Assembly: GCF_009834535.1 (NCBI RefSeq)
Contig: NC_045697.1
Coordinates: 33,420,001 to 33,484,000, forward strand
Direction: 5' to 3'
DNA: 64,000 nucleotides
From: Camelus ferus
Lineage: Eukaryota
The position numbers were made by a program, and so were the translations under genes. This document shows, piece by piece, positions 1-12,655 of the stretch; positions within the stretch are counted from its first letter, which is position 1; each line of letters starts with the position of its first letter. The notes under the pieces were generated by a model. The model was given only the letters and a program-made list of their open reading frames with translations. It did not search any database and was not told the origin of the DNA.

Positions 1-883
1 ACCTAAGCTCAGTGATGAGAGGAGCAAAACTAACTTCCCTAGGTCTAGAAAAGGGTTCCAAGCAAGCTTTCAGTAGTGGATAAGGGCAGAAACATCGGAC
101 AGCACAGTGGAATAAAAAACAGCCTAGCAGGAGTGCCTAAAATGTCCAGCTGGAATCAAGGACACAATACTAAGAATGGGTCTCAGGGATGATTCCATTT
201 CTCAGAGAGAATGAGGACAAGGTAAGCAGGTCTCTTGTCTCAGGAATTGTCTCAGGACATCGTACCCTGATCAAGATGGAAAAAATAAATACAATCAGAC
301 AGTTATAGGAGCTGGGTATGGAGAAGAAGAACTTTTATAAATTTCAAGTTGTTATAGATAGACAAATCCTAAAGCACTAAACTACAGAATCATGCTCTAG
401 CCGAGCACTTGGGATCCCTGTAGAAAAGACAAGTAACCATCAGTTCCGTAAACCTATGTAGAAAACCCCTGGAAGTGATGAGAAAGCTGGGACTTACAAG
501 GAAGGTTATTATTCTCTCCGCTTAAACAACTTCCACTAGACCTATTCACTAATCTTAGTCTTAGAACTCATTTTTCTGACATAAGAAGAGGTTATCCTAA
601 AGCTTAGAGCAGTGGACCTTGAAAAACACTGAATGCCCCCATCCTAGTACCACAGAAATTTCAAGGTCTGTCTCTCACACTGCACAGACTGTGTGAAGTT
701 ACGAGAGAGAACTTCATAAATCAACCAAAAGGAGTCCCTAGAGTTGCATAATGTCAAGAAAAGGAGGACCTAAAGTGATAATATCTGTTAAGCATCCAAA
801 GAAATAAATTGGTCCCGGATCTTCGTGCAGGAGTTAATTTCTAGGTAGGGAGTAAATTGCTCCAATGGTGATAATTGGAACTC

Positions 884-2650
884 ATTCATTCTTTTAATTA
901 TTAAGTCATTAATTAAACACATATTTGTATAGAGGTAGACTAGTTAGAAGGACTATTGCTGCAGTTCAGCAGATACATGAGTAAGGTGGAAATGGGGAGA
1001 AATGGGGAGAAATGGGGACTTCCAGTGATAAGGGAGGTAAAACAGATAGGACATAATGCTGTGTGGGGAGTCAGTACCAAGAAGGACTTCCATCATTCTG
1101 ACTTGAGGACCTGTTTGGAGGTGACAGGAGAATGTGGAAAGTAAGCGGCATTGAGTTCAGTTTGGGCCACGTAAAAATTGAAATGTTTCTGAAAAATCCA
1201 AGTATAAATGCCAAGTAAGCAAATAATTGTATAGATCTATAATTCAGGAAAAAAGTCTTGGCTGGTTATATAAACATGAAAAATGTTCAGTTTGTGGATA
1301 TTGAGTGAAGTCCTGGAAATAGACATGATCTTACGAGGAGGTTAAGGCTGAAAAGAGAAGAAAATAAGGAAATACTTAGGCCTTGAAGAAAAAAGAGACA
1401 AGGCTGAGTAGTAAAGAAATGTAAGAAGAAAACCAAGAGGAGCGTATTATAAAACAAAGGATCACGCTTCTGAAAAATTAAGTAACGTAGTGAATTAAGA
1501 TCCCATAGAATACTTAAGCAGCATAGCTTTGCAGAAGTGGCTCTGCCTCTTTCAATTCAATAAATTGGAATGGAGTGGGTTAAAGAGTCAGGAAATATAA
1601 AGAGTATGGGAGATCTAGGCAGCTCTTGAGAAAAAAATGTTTCCTCTATTTTAAACATGGGAAAAAGGAGGATGGCTGAGGATTCAGGGAGGTATTTATG
1701 TTTAGTGGTGGGAGGTTGAAAGAGTTCCAACATACTGACTTTTTATTTTCTATGGGAAGTAAGAGATTTCTGAAACTCTCCTGATTGTGGTGAAGTAGAA
1801 GAGGCTGGAGGTCTGGGTGGGATAGAAAGATCTGAAATTGTTACTGTGGAAAGTAAGACAATTAGCTGAACAGGAAACTGTCATTTGAAGTTTAAGTAGC
1901 GTTTATACTGGTGAACAAAAATCGATGGCAGTATCATTCCAATCTGGTTATGCAGATTCCTCCAGCAATGCTTTCTGGCCCAGGTGGAGATGCAGAGAAT
2001 GGCTGGGATCATTATGATGCAGCAAAGAGTTTCAGATTTGAAAGAGAGTGACTGAGATAGAGGACCATGCAATCTAAGCTGAAAACAGAAGGAAGTGAGG
2101 AGAGGCGGTAATAACAGGTAATGAGAAAGATGAGAAATCAGAGGTGAAACTTCCAATGAGGCCAAAGAAAGAAAAGTTGTGGAAACGGTTAAACCAACAG
2201 CCTGGAAGGGCAGGAAGTTCGGGCTGCAGAATGGCAAGTTTCAATGACTAATTTTGGAAACGGGTGAGCTGGGGTTACTACAAGGCCCACAGTGTGACTG
2301 GATGAGGGTATGATTAGATGGATGAGTGATACTGGAGAAGTTGCTGCTTGCATTCAGATACCATGGGAATGGAGGGTCCTGTGGACCAGGCACCAAAGTG
2401 TGCACTGAATGTGGATTCCACAGGAAGAGTTGATACTATGCAAAAGGAGGCGTGCAGGGCAGTAGAGCTAGGAAAATAGAAAGAGATTTCACAAGCTCAT
2501 AGGTGAGAATTAGTCTGAAGTAGAGTCTACGTTTTGTAAATTACTTGCTTAAGGGGACTGCAAAGGAAGCAGTGTCCACAGGAGAGCAAAATAGAGGAAA
2601 CAGAGAATTGTGACAACTATTGACATCGATGCTGACATCAAAGTTAGAGG
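884..2650 (-). mobile_element. L2 LINE fragment(s), long and degenerate
   Basis: Begins with attcattcattc (reverse of the L2 3' tgaa tail). Contains L2-like antisense text gagttcagtttgggccacgtaaaaattgaaatgtttctgaaaaatccaag at ~1153-1202. Purine-rich throughout; boundaries approximate. Confidence 0.7.
989..1018. repeat. 10-bp tandem repeat (gaaatgggga)x3
   Basis: Read directly from the sequence. Confidence 0.9.
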
Positions 2651-4639
2651 ACTGTACTGTAGTCAGAGGAAGTAGAATGTTCAGCCTAAAGCATTTGGGT
2701 CTAATTTGCTATATTTAGCCTTTGTTTATTTATACATTCACAATATAGAATAACAGAGCCCAAATCTGTATAATTCACAGAGACAAAGTAATCATGCAAA
2801 TTTATGGGATCCCCTAAGGAGTGAATAAAAAGGATTTAAGTTTCAGGCAAAAATAATAATGAAATAATAATAGTGAAAACCAAAACAACAAAAAGGCACT
2901 TGGAATTTAGAAGGAGAAAAAGAAGGAAAATGAAGCGCAGTTACCACCACTTCCTGTGACGTTTCGTTCACAATGAATAAGAATTCATTTAAAAAATTAT
3001 GCACATGCATTGAGTCAACTTCTTTACCAGAATCATTTTTCTGTTTTACACACCATTTTTTATTTCCAAGGGTGTAAGTCCTTGTTTTGTTTTTCCAACA
3101 CATTAAATGCTAATTGTAGAAGCAGGGTCTAATTGTTCTATTACCTCTGTTTAATCCAGTGCAAATTCTACTTGTTGAATTTCTTATTCTTTTATAAACT
3201 TGGATTTTCTTAAATGTATGATGATTAAGTTTATTGTAACACATTTTGCAGCATCTTCTACATTTTTTGAACTGCAGCTTTTTGTTTTGTTTTTTCCAAT
3301 GGTAGTCATGATGTACAGATGCCACTTCCCTCCCACTTTACTTTTTTGTGTGGGATTCATTTCAGTTTCTTATTTATTAATAGTCCCCTTGTCTTATTTT
3401 CAGCATGATATACACTTAATTATTTGTATAATAGTTCATATTGTTTCTGAGTTTGACAGATACGGGGGATTGCACCGTGAATGCTACCTACTACAGAATT
3501 ATAAATATTAAGAAAACTATACATGTACCTGGAAATGATTCACTAAATATGATGAGAATCAGACCTTTATACATACGACCTTTATTCATAATAAAATACT
3601 AATTAAGAAAATTATTATTGCCCAATTAAAAACTAATTTTATATTGTGTCATTTCCTATTTTCTATAATGAAAATCATGGTATGTACTTACTGATTCTAA
3701 ACTTCTGCTACTTATTTGTAAAAGTTCTAAGATCTTATTAGTTTATCTTTAAAGATTTGTTTTCCCATTAAATTATACATTTGGTTTCTCTCCAAATCCA
3801 TTTAATTTAATAGAATGTCTGGAATGACACTCTATTATAAAGTAAAATAAAAGCAACCTAAACTCTAGCAGAAAAACAACTTAATTAATTCATAAATATT
3901 AAAAAAGGAAATTGCATCTGAACTTACCAGTTTGTGTGCAGACCAAAGAACCAGGCAGGTGAGTTGCTGTATCTTAACACAAACAATATAAACCTAGACC
4001 ATAAAGTGATAATCTATATTTGAAATTCTGAAGTGAAGATACCATTTCAGTTATATCAGATCTATAGCTTCAGGGCTTGTCTTTATCTTTTCATAATAAT
4101 ATTGTATTTATTTCGTTAAACATACCATTGTAGGAAGAATCACACACCAACATACCCTTCTTGAAAAATGCAAGACCACATAACGTTAGATGTTGAGGTC
4201 ATCTGGGTTTTTTTATATTTCATATTTGAAATTTTGTTGCTATTGACAAAAGGGAAGCTTGAATGCTGAGTGTAGGTTATCTGTTACGGTTTCTTAAAAA
4301 TAAAATTGTTAACATGTACTGAATTCTTCCCATATGCCAGGCATTTTGCTGACACTTACCATACATTGTCTTGGAAGTGGGTGTTAAATGGTCAAGTTCA
4401 AGGGACAAGCCCTAATCTGTTACAATGGTTTCAATAAAATCTTAGTGAGACACCCTGTCCACCTCATCCCACATAGGTTGATGCAGAGATGTAGCTAATG
4501 GTTGAAAGTCACATGTTCCAGGACAGCAGGTGTGAGGTGACTGCATCCAAGAAACTGGAAAGTAGCAAACTTATCTCACACAATGTGGAAGTTCTCAGTT
4601 ATTGTCAAGAGGGTGTTCTGTTCATTTTGGTTTTTTGCG

Positions 4640-5130
4640 TGTATTATAACATTCCACTAGGTTCTGAGGGATACCGAAGAAGTTTAAGATCACATTCATC
4701 TCCTTAAAGAGCTTAGATACATGGTCTTGTTGGGAAACAAGACACAAAAAAATACCAGCTCTAAAGCCCACCAGAATACCCTAGAGAATTGTATAAAACC
4801 AGGTAGAGAAACAAATGCTGAGAGCATCAAAGAAAGAAGTTTTGATCATGTAGAGTTGAAATAACTTTTGAATGGATCCTGAAAAAGTGGAGAATTTAGC
4901 TTCGCAGGAATGAGCGTATCTACTTTTGTGGTGGTTAGAAAGGCATAAATGATGTCTCCAGAATAAAAATAAACAGGAAATATTCATAGAGTGTTAACAT
5001 AATTCAGGGTGGAGATAATATTAAGCAGTATTTAGAGATTTGTGGGAAGGATAAAATGAGTTAGTCATTTGAAGAACTTGATCACCAAACTGATGTATTT
5101 AGATGTAATAGATCATACTGAATAGTTTTC
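4640..5130 (-). mobile_element. L2 fragment
   Basis: ctaggttctgagggatac...catctccttaaagagcttag followed by purine-rich L2-antisense-like sequence. Confidence 0.5.
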
Positions 5131-5189
5131 TTACATGATGGAAGGGGTGGGGGGAGAAAAAAAAAGGAAAATGCTGTTTTTTGTTTACT

Positions 5190-5390
5190 TTTCTATATCA
5201 GACGCTGTGCTAGGCTTATCTGCTGCATTCATCTCAACAAATCTGAAAAAGTAGGCGTTAATGTGAGCTGACAGACAACAACTGGGACTTGGATAAAATC
5301 GCCCAAGGTTAAAGAGTGGATAATGGCAGAACCAGGATTCATAGCCTAGTGTGTTTGCTTGTAAAGTCTGTTCTTCCCCTGCAGCACAGA
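5190..5390 (-). mobile_element. MIR SINE
   Basis: tgtgctaggc...aactgggac...gcccaaggtt...ggcagaaccaggattc matches the reverse-complement MIR consensus. Confidence 0.75.
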
Positions 5391-5449
5391 ACACACAATG
5401 GCCAAGGATTTAGACTATTTCTGACTCAGGCTCTATATTTTAATAACAG

Positions 5450-5635
5450 GCACACACCAGATGTATATATATATTTGTATCTGTCTATCTGTTTATCTAT
5501 TTCTGTTACATAGATATATCTTCATGTGAGTATATGTGTGATTATAACTCTTCCTATGAAAATATGTACATATACACATATGTATATGTTATATACATAT
5601 GCATATGTATACACATACATGCATATATCTATAGA
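5450..5635. repeat. Degenerate (TA/CA/TG)n microsatellite
   Basis: Alternating purine-pyrimidine runs such as tatacacatatgtatatg. Confidence 0.8.
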
Positions 5636-6519
5636 CAGAGGTACACTTATTCATTTAACAAATACGTATTGAATAACTAATACATGTAGGCAAATTGAGT
5701 GACTTGCAAATGTGAATCCAACCCCATCCTTCTGTTAGCTCAAAATTTATCAAAAATCGGCACCAACAAAATTCAATGTTAATCTTACGTGTAAGGGAAA
5801 TCTTCGTTAATGCAAAGGACACAAGCATTAATACAGTCCTAAATGTTTTAAGTTTCTGTTTTATATAGATCTTATTATAATTCTTGTTTATCTTCCCTCC
5901 AGGTATTTTTGTTTAGAATTTAAAGCAATTTTTTAATTTAATTTTTTGTTTAGAATTTAAACACAACTTTTTTCCCCTCATAAACTTGTTTTATGGATAA
6001 CCCTCAATTAAAACTTATAAAAGGGAATAAAAAGAAAATTAATGCCAGGGATCCTTCAGAAGTCCGTTCTTGTACAATATCCAGTTTTCCCCAATTATTA
6101 CCATTTGCATTCTTGTACAGAACATCCTGCAATATTTGCCAAGTACCTTTTAGAATCACCATCAAAGAATAAAAGCGCACCTCAGTGATTTTGGCTCATG
6201 CAGATAGTGTGTGCAGTAGCAGCTTGTGGCATTGATTTGCCCCAATGGAATGTTGTTTCCGGAAAGAGGGTGAATGAATCACTTTTGTGAGCATAGAATC
6301 TTTCTCTGCATGTCATCTTGCATTATTAATGGCTGATTCAATTTTGCTGGCTAGAAATCAGAGTTCTTTCTAGGGTAAGGTTAAATTCAAGTAGCTGTCT
6401 TGTGATTTCCTATATGACCAACCATTGATGGTGTTTAGACCCTGAACGCCTCATTTCCCTTTTCCACATATTTGAATATGTTCTTAATTTCTATGTGAAC
6501 TTCTGCAAATACCTTTAGC

Positions 6520-6755
6520 ATTTGTAATGCAAGACTTTAAGATGTGGGCTTTGGAGTCAGATATACCTGGTTTTGATTTCTGGATCTATCATTTAAGCTT
6601 TACAATCTTAACAATGTTACTATCTCTAAGGCACATTTTCTTTGCTTTGAAAAGAAGAGATGAAATAATTAGAGTTATTATAAGGAGGAGAGAAGATAAT
6701 AGAAGTTTGTAGTATGGTTCTTGGCACGTAGGAAGCCCTTAATAAATGCTAGACA
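6520..6755 (+). mobile_element. MIR SINE
   Basis: gggctttggagtcagatatacctggttttg...ttggcacgtaggaagcccttaataaatgctag. Confidence 0.75.
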
Positions 6756-7577
6756 ATAATTTGTCAGACACTGTTATGTTACGAAATCAACAATAAACAT
6801 AGCAACTATTTGAGTTCAAAAATAGCAACACAGACCTAAATTATTATTACATAAGGATTTGTTATTTTTTTGCTCTTTCAAGTTCAGAGTTACACTTTCT
6901 TTTCATATTTAGTGAACAGTTATTAGCTGGACAATGGCTATATGTATGGCAATATGCTAACTATTTGGGTGCATTACGATTCCAATCATTAAGGGCTTTG
7001 CATCTCTCTGAAAGCAAAGATCAGGCAACATGAAGCTGTGAATAATGCAAATAATAGATACTCACATGTTGCATTGTGTGATAGAGAAAATGAATGTACA
7101 GGAATTAAATAAAGAAGAAGGAAATGGATGAAGATGAAAATTTAATATAGTCAGGAAAGGCTTGATAAACGACTTCGGAACTTGATTATGGTCTTGAAAG
7201 GTAGTTACAATTTCTATAAACAGCTGGGAAAAGGTAAATTTGTATAGTTTATGAAGGAATGAACATATTTGTGTCTTTCTCCCAGAAACCTGGAGTTAAG
7301 AACATACATACGTACACAGTCTCTCTCTCTCAGCCTCTCTCTATTACGGAGACTCAGAAAACGTTGCTAGTCAGCGGTAAAGCAAATTGCTGCCTAGGTC
7401 TCCTGCTCCTGTTCCAGGACTTTTTTACTGAAGTGTGTTGGGTGAGTAAGCCTTCAAAAGCTTCTTGAATTATTCATATGAAATATGGACAATCCTATCT
7501 TGTTGCATAAGGCCATTTCCATTTATAGATATTAAGACTTTTCTTATATTCATCTCAGTGACTAATTCCTGCACTGA

Positions 7578-7794
7578 CAGTTGTGAGTACTGGGTTGGAG
7601 CTGGATCCTACAAGTTCATGAAAGTCAGTTGTGTGCACTGCTTTCCAAGTCCATGTTCAGTGATGTCATTCTGGTAGTTTGAAAACAGTCATGGTGGGAA
7701 TATTTACACCATGAAAATGAGCAAATGCTACAAATTAAAGCTTTTTTTTTCCCTCTGGAGAGTCAGTTGAAGAACATTTATCAGCACACTGCTG
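7578..7794 (+). mobile_element. MER63A-like hAT-Blackjack non-autonomous DNA transposon
   Basis: gttcagtgatgtcattctggtagtttgaaaacagtcatggtgggaatatttacaccatgaaaatg and the terminus ggagagtcagttgaagaacatttatcagcacactgctg match recalled MER63. Confidence 0.75.
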
Positions 7795-7999
7795 TGTGGA
7801 TAGTAAATTCTATACAATTCCACTATTAATGTAGCTAAAATTATGAAATTATGTTTTAAACTTTATATGAATAAACTTCAGCTTAGAGTGAGATGTTGAA
7901 AAGTCAAAGAAATAAATGAAAAGTCATGAAAATAGGGGAATTATTAGGTTCTCTCATAATTAAAGAGGAACAGTGTTTTGACATAAAATGCATATAGAA

Positions 8000-8830
8000 T
8001 TTGCAATTGTAAATTTTAAGCATCTATCTAAATTTACACAAATTAGATAGAAATAACCTACCAAGAATAAATTCTTTCCCAGAAACATAAGGCCATTATT
8101 ATTTCAGAAAATCTCTAACTCTAATCTGGTATTAATCAATTGGTAGACTATGAAAATAATGATTATTTCAATAGATGAAAATAAAACATTTGATTGAAAA
8201 AAATCTTAGTAATTAGGTCTAATAATCAAACTACAAAAATTCATATTTTCTTTTCTATAAGTAAATTAAAATTATAAAATACATTCATTAAATATAATCA
8301 ACAGATATATGCTATTTTATGTGTGTGTGTGTGTTTATAAATATACACACACAGAGGTCTGGAAATTATGTTGAAAACATCAGTCAGATATCACATTGTG
8401 GGTAATTTTTCCTTCTTTTGAACTTTCTCTACTTTTAAAATTTCTCCACAGTGAAGCATTTAGATATGTAGATTATGAAAATTATGAAAATAAAATATAA
8501 CAGAAGACCTCACTCACAGCAGTGACAAAAACTTAAAATATCCAAGACTAGCTTAAATGAGAAAAAAAAATCACATTAAAATTAGATAAATCCTAAATGT
8601 ATAAAGAATAAAAAGGAGAAGGAGGAGAAAGATGAGGAGAGGAGAAACCAGAATAATAAATATTTTACTTAAGTGTTAACATGGGAGAAAACTAGAAATA
8701 AAAAATAACTCCAGCAATAGTATCTTAGTGGTATGATTATATGTGTTTGGTTTTTATTCTATATACTTAATTATATTTTCCAATTTTTTGCAGCATGCAT
8801 GAATTATTTATCTTTATTTTTAATATTTAA
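8000..8830 (+). mobile_element. Very old L1 (L1ME-type) fragments
   Basis: A-rich ORF2-like and 3' UTR-like text, including gattatttcaatagatgaaaataaaacatttga; highly decayed. Confidence 0.45.
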
Positions 8831-9019
8831 AAGGAAAAGATGTTACATAGTTTTCTTTCTCAAATGTCTCAAGGCCTCTGGCAGGAATCCTCCCTCACCC
8901 ACACTGCATCACCCAAACTCTTTGTACATGAGTCTTCTCCCACATTATTCAGGTCCTGGAAGTGATCCTTGAGCATCCTATCTACTATGAACCAATAATA
9001 GTAGATACTTCTGCATTTT

Positions 9020-9218
9020 GTTTGTCCTACCACAATGATAAGTACATATTCTTTTACTTACATGCATGTTAATTGTCTGTTTCCTCTCTACTTACCATCA
9101 ACTCCACAAGGGCAGTGATCATTTCTGTTTAATTCACCAATATGTAGCTATTTCCAAGTGTAAGAGTTGGCACACTAGGTAGGCACTCAGTAAATATCTT
9201 TGAATACATCTGTGAACC
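9020..9218 (+). mobile_element. L2 3' end
   Basis: tgtctgtttcctctcta...ctccacaagggcagtgatc...ttggcacactaggtaggcactcagtaaatatctttgaa. Confidence 0.8.
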
Positions 9219-9473
9219 AGGAAAATGAAATTGTAGCAGAGTTTGGGGGCACAGTTGAAAATCTATAGATACAAAATAGAAAGTGATTTGCAGGGACAAA
9301 ACACAAATATGATTGCAAGTTCTAGCATCCTAAAATCGGTTACTAGTGTTCAAAATTCTTTTTTTTTTTTACTATCTTTGACTATTGTTTTTTATTGAGA
9401 TTTGCTATTTTCCAACCTGAAATATAGCCATATCACAGGAGAAAAAAATACCTAAACGTTTTTGAAACAATGG

Positions 9474-9649
9474 CAGTGCCTGAACCGGCACCTGGGTGAC
9501 GTGAATGATGCACACAAGGCCCACGGTGCGAGGAGGCGCTCGGTCCTAGGTTTGTGCAAACCCCGAACCTGAAAGTGCAGGATCCTGGGAGTGAGTGCCT
9601 CCTTGATCCCTGGAACATTGTCACTTGTCTCACCCTAGTGCCTCTGCTG
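9474..9649. mobile_element. MER96-like palindromic hAT MITE
   Basis: Inverted arms aggaggcgctc (9531-9541) / gagtgcctcct (9593-9603) and tgggtga / tcaccctag. Length ~175 bp, as for MER96. Confidence 0.6.
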
Positions 9650-9696
9650 ATGATCCACTATGCCTTCTTTCCATAGACCTTCGCTTGAAGGAGCAC

Positions 9697-9712
9697 GGGG
9701 GGGGGGGGGGGG
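9697..9712. repeat. G16 homopolymer
   Basis: Read directly from the sequence. Confidence 0.9.
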
Positions 9713-9974
9713 CCTGTCCAGGCTCTCTCAGCTTGTTAACCATGTTCTCTGTGAACGCCCCTCCCTCTGCATACAGATTCCTTTCCCTCTTCATCTCCTG
9801 CCAAACCCACAGAACAACACTTCTGTGTTACATAGTGTTACTTCCTTTCCTACAATATTTCCTCCAATATTGCCAAATATGACCAAGCCTTTTAGCTGTA
9901 CTGTGGATTTCTGCTGTCTTCTGTAATGAGACTTGATTCCTCTTTTTATTTTCATCACTGTCTGACTGAGCAGG

Positions 9975-10185
9975 CTAGAGATTACAAATAAGAGGTCTTG
10001 GTCTTAATTCAACGCATAGACATTTTTCTTTGCTTTTATAGTACTTAATTTTTAAGTACTTCCCAACATTCAAACATGGCAATTTCACAGAAATTCAGAT
10101 GCATGAAATCTCAAAAACCAAAACCAAAACAAAAAAGGGACTCTGGCAAAAGTACACTCTCCCAGCTGCAATAAGCTGGGACTTT
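9975..10185 (+). mobile_element. MER102-like hAT-Charlie fragment
   Basis: tagagattacaaa...cccaacattcaaacatggcaatttcacagaaattcagat...tctggcaa resembles MER102. Confidence 0.5.
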
Positions 10186-10519
10186 CTTACCAATCTACTG
10201 AAATGCCTTTCTTACTACTGACATGTATATTCACAGAATATATATTCATATGTGTATATATATGTGTGTGTATATACATACATACATTCTGTGAATAACA
10301 AAGTGAGACACTTAAATAAATTTAAGAAGATTTTAAACAAAAGTGAATAGATTTTTAAAAAAACTTACCAAAGTGTTTAACATACTACGGATTAAAGGAG
10401 ATTTGCCGTTAAAGACTCAAACTCTAGAACTGGGATCACTAGGGTCAAATCCCAGTGCCACTATTTCCTATCTCTGTGGCCAAGAGTCAAACCCATAATC
10501 TTTTCACCAAATGATTTTT

Positions 10520-11023
10520 TTTCAGCCACATCCTTGACGTTCTCTCCAGAATATGCCTGCTTTCTAGTGTATTTAAACATGGACAGACTGAGAATTTTCT
10601 GAATATTCACATTCTGTTTCCTTTTTGCTTAATAATTCCTTCTTCAACTCTCTCCTCTCACATTTTACCATAAACAATAAGGCAAACCCAAGCTTGCAGG
10701 CTCAACACTTTGCTTAGAAATTTCCTGTTAAGTATCCCAGTTCATCATAAACAGGCTCTATTTTCCACAAAACACTAAAATGCAACTCAGCCATGTACTT
10801 TGCTACTTTATAACTAGGATCACCTTTTCTCCAGTTTCCAAAAACATATATTCTTTATTTCCATTTGAGACTTAACAAGAATCACCTTTAAATTTTGGCT
10901 TTTCTGCCGACATTCTCTTCAAGACAATTTAGGCTTTTTCTAACGTGCATCTCAAAACCTTGGCCAGTCTCCGACATTTTTAGGTATCTGTTATAGCACC
11001 ACCCATTTCTAGATACCAACATT
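10520..11023 (-). mobile_element. MLT1A-type MaLR internal sequence (5' part)
   Basis: Abuts the LTR. On the minus strand it starts aatgttggtatctagaaatgggtggtgctataacagatacc, like the start of MLT-int. Confidence 0.7.
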
Positions 11024-11386
11024 TGTGTTAATTTGCTGCAGCTGCCATAACAAGGCACCACAGGGTTAAACAACAGAAATTTATCTTTTCATAGTTCTAG
11101 AGGCTGGAAGTCCAAGATCAAGGTGTCAGCAAGTTCGATTTCTCCTGACACCTTTCTCCCTGGCTTGCAGATGTCACCTCCTTGCTGTATCCTCCCATGG
11201 CCTCTCTCTCTGTATACACATCCTTGGTGTCTCTCCCCCTTTCAATAAGGAGGTCTGACTTACTGGATTAGGGCCCCACTCTTATGACCACATAACCTTA
11301 TCTCCAAAGACAGACACATTCTGAGATGTACTAGGGGTTAGGTCTTCAACACACAAATTTTAGGGGACACAACTTAGCCCTTAACA
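11024..11386 (-). mobile_element. MLT1A0-like MaLR LTR
   Basis: gctgccataacaa...ttaaacaacagaaatttat...gaggctggaagtccaagatcaaggtgtcagc...ggattagggccccac...ggggacacaa...taaca. Confidence 0.85.
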
Positions 11387-11775
11387 CCTGATATTCCTTC
11401 CATTTAATTTTGTGAGACCCCACAAAAATGAAACACCTGTTTATGAACAAATCTACTCACATTCTTGTGTCCCACATTGAGCACTACCATCGATGAGGAC
11501 CTCGAGAGCCAGACCACCAGTGCCACTGACGCTGCTGTTGCCACACAGGGCTCTGCTTCCCAGGCCACAGTAGTGCCATCCCAATACCTCCACAACAGAT
11601 AAAATAATATTCGCCCGTGCACAAAACAGCCCTACGGTCCTCCAGTCCCTACTGAAGACTGAATGCTGATGAATCCTGTGAGATTTGTGAAAATTGGGAA
11701 TTTTTTTTTCCATAAGGTTCAGACCCGTCCACAAGGCTAGTCTTAGGTGTACATGTTCCCCCTTCATCCTGACTC

Positions 11776-12274
11776 TGTGATAGATTAACTATTATTGTCA
11801 GTTTTTCACCACCTTACATCTACATTCATCTCCCCTACTCTACATCGAGATCCACATCCTAGTCGACAGAGTGTACTTCCCTTCCTGGTGACTTTAAGGT
11901 TAGTCACCTGACTTGCCTTGGCCAATGTAATATTGACATAGATGGCAGAGGCAGAAGACTTAAATGACCTTACATGGTTTGGCTTGTCTGTTGTGCTCCA
12001 GGAATCTGCCACCAGAAGAGTGTTTTGTAGTAACAGATGCGTCATCAACCTTGTCCATAGAACAAACCACATGGAGTAGATCTGAACCCAACTGTAACCT
12101 GGAACTGGACTCAGCTTATCCATAGCCTGAAGTTGACTGTCCAGTGGAGAACCTTAGATCAGTTCAGACTACATTCAACCTCCTGCCCCATGAGCAGGTG
12201 TATTGTTGAAAGTCACTGTGTTTTGGGATTTTGTTATATGGTGGTGGTATTGTTGATAATGGCCAACTGAGACA
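11776..12274 (+). mobile_element. MLT1I/J-like MaLR solo LTR
   Basis: tgtgatagatt start; tgacttgccttggccaatg; cacatggagtagatctgaaccca; end aactgagaca. Confidence 0.7.
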
Positions 12275-12499
12275 GGTGCACAAGACTCTCCTCCTTGAGG
12301 TCCCTTCCATTATTCATGTAATGTAGTTGAAGCCAGTAGAGAATTAGGGGCACCTGTCCATCAGTTCTTCAGACACACTCAGATTCAGGATTCCAGGGTG
12401 GTGGACTTCAAATCACAGTCTGAGCAAAGAATGCTACTTCATGTAACTTCACTATTAAAGGTGGATTTCTTGTTTTTCATAAATCCATAGGTCTTATTA

Positions 12500-12655
12500 G
12501 GGCTAGAAGTCACAGTTAAGCTCATGCTCATAACCCTTCCCAATGGATGAGATATCTGAGGCCCAGAGAGGAAAATTATTTACATGAGGCCACGTTATAA
12601 GACAAGGGCAGTACCAGGACTGGGTCTCTTGCCTCCTAACCCAGAACTCTTGTTA
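12500..12655 (-). mobile_element. MIR fragment
   Basis: ggatgagatatctgaggcccagagagg...gaggccac...ccaggactgggtctcttgcctcct. Confidence 0.6.

Noticed and set aside
1..880. Purine-rich unassigned segment, possibly LTR/Gypsy-derived
   Set aside because: No diagnostic termini or peptide motifs recognised, so no call can be supported.
3380..3511. Acceptor-like tract (ttattttcag at 3403) within a 103-aa ORF
   Set aside because: No convincing downstream donor; the hydrophobic translation reflects T-richness.
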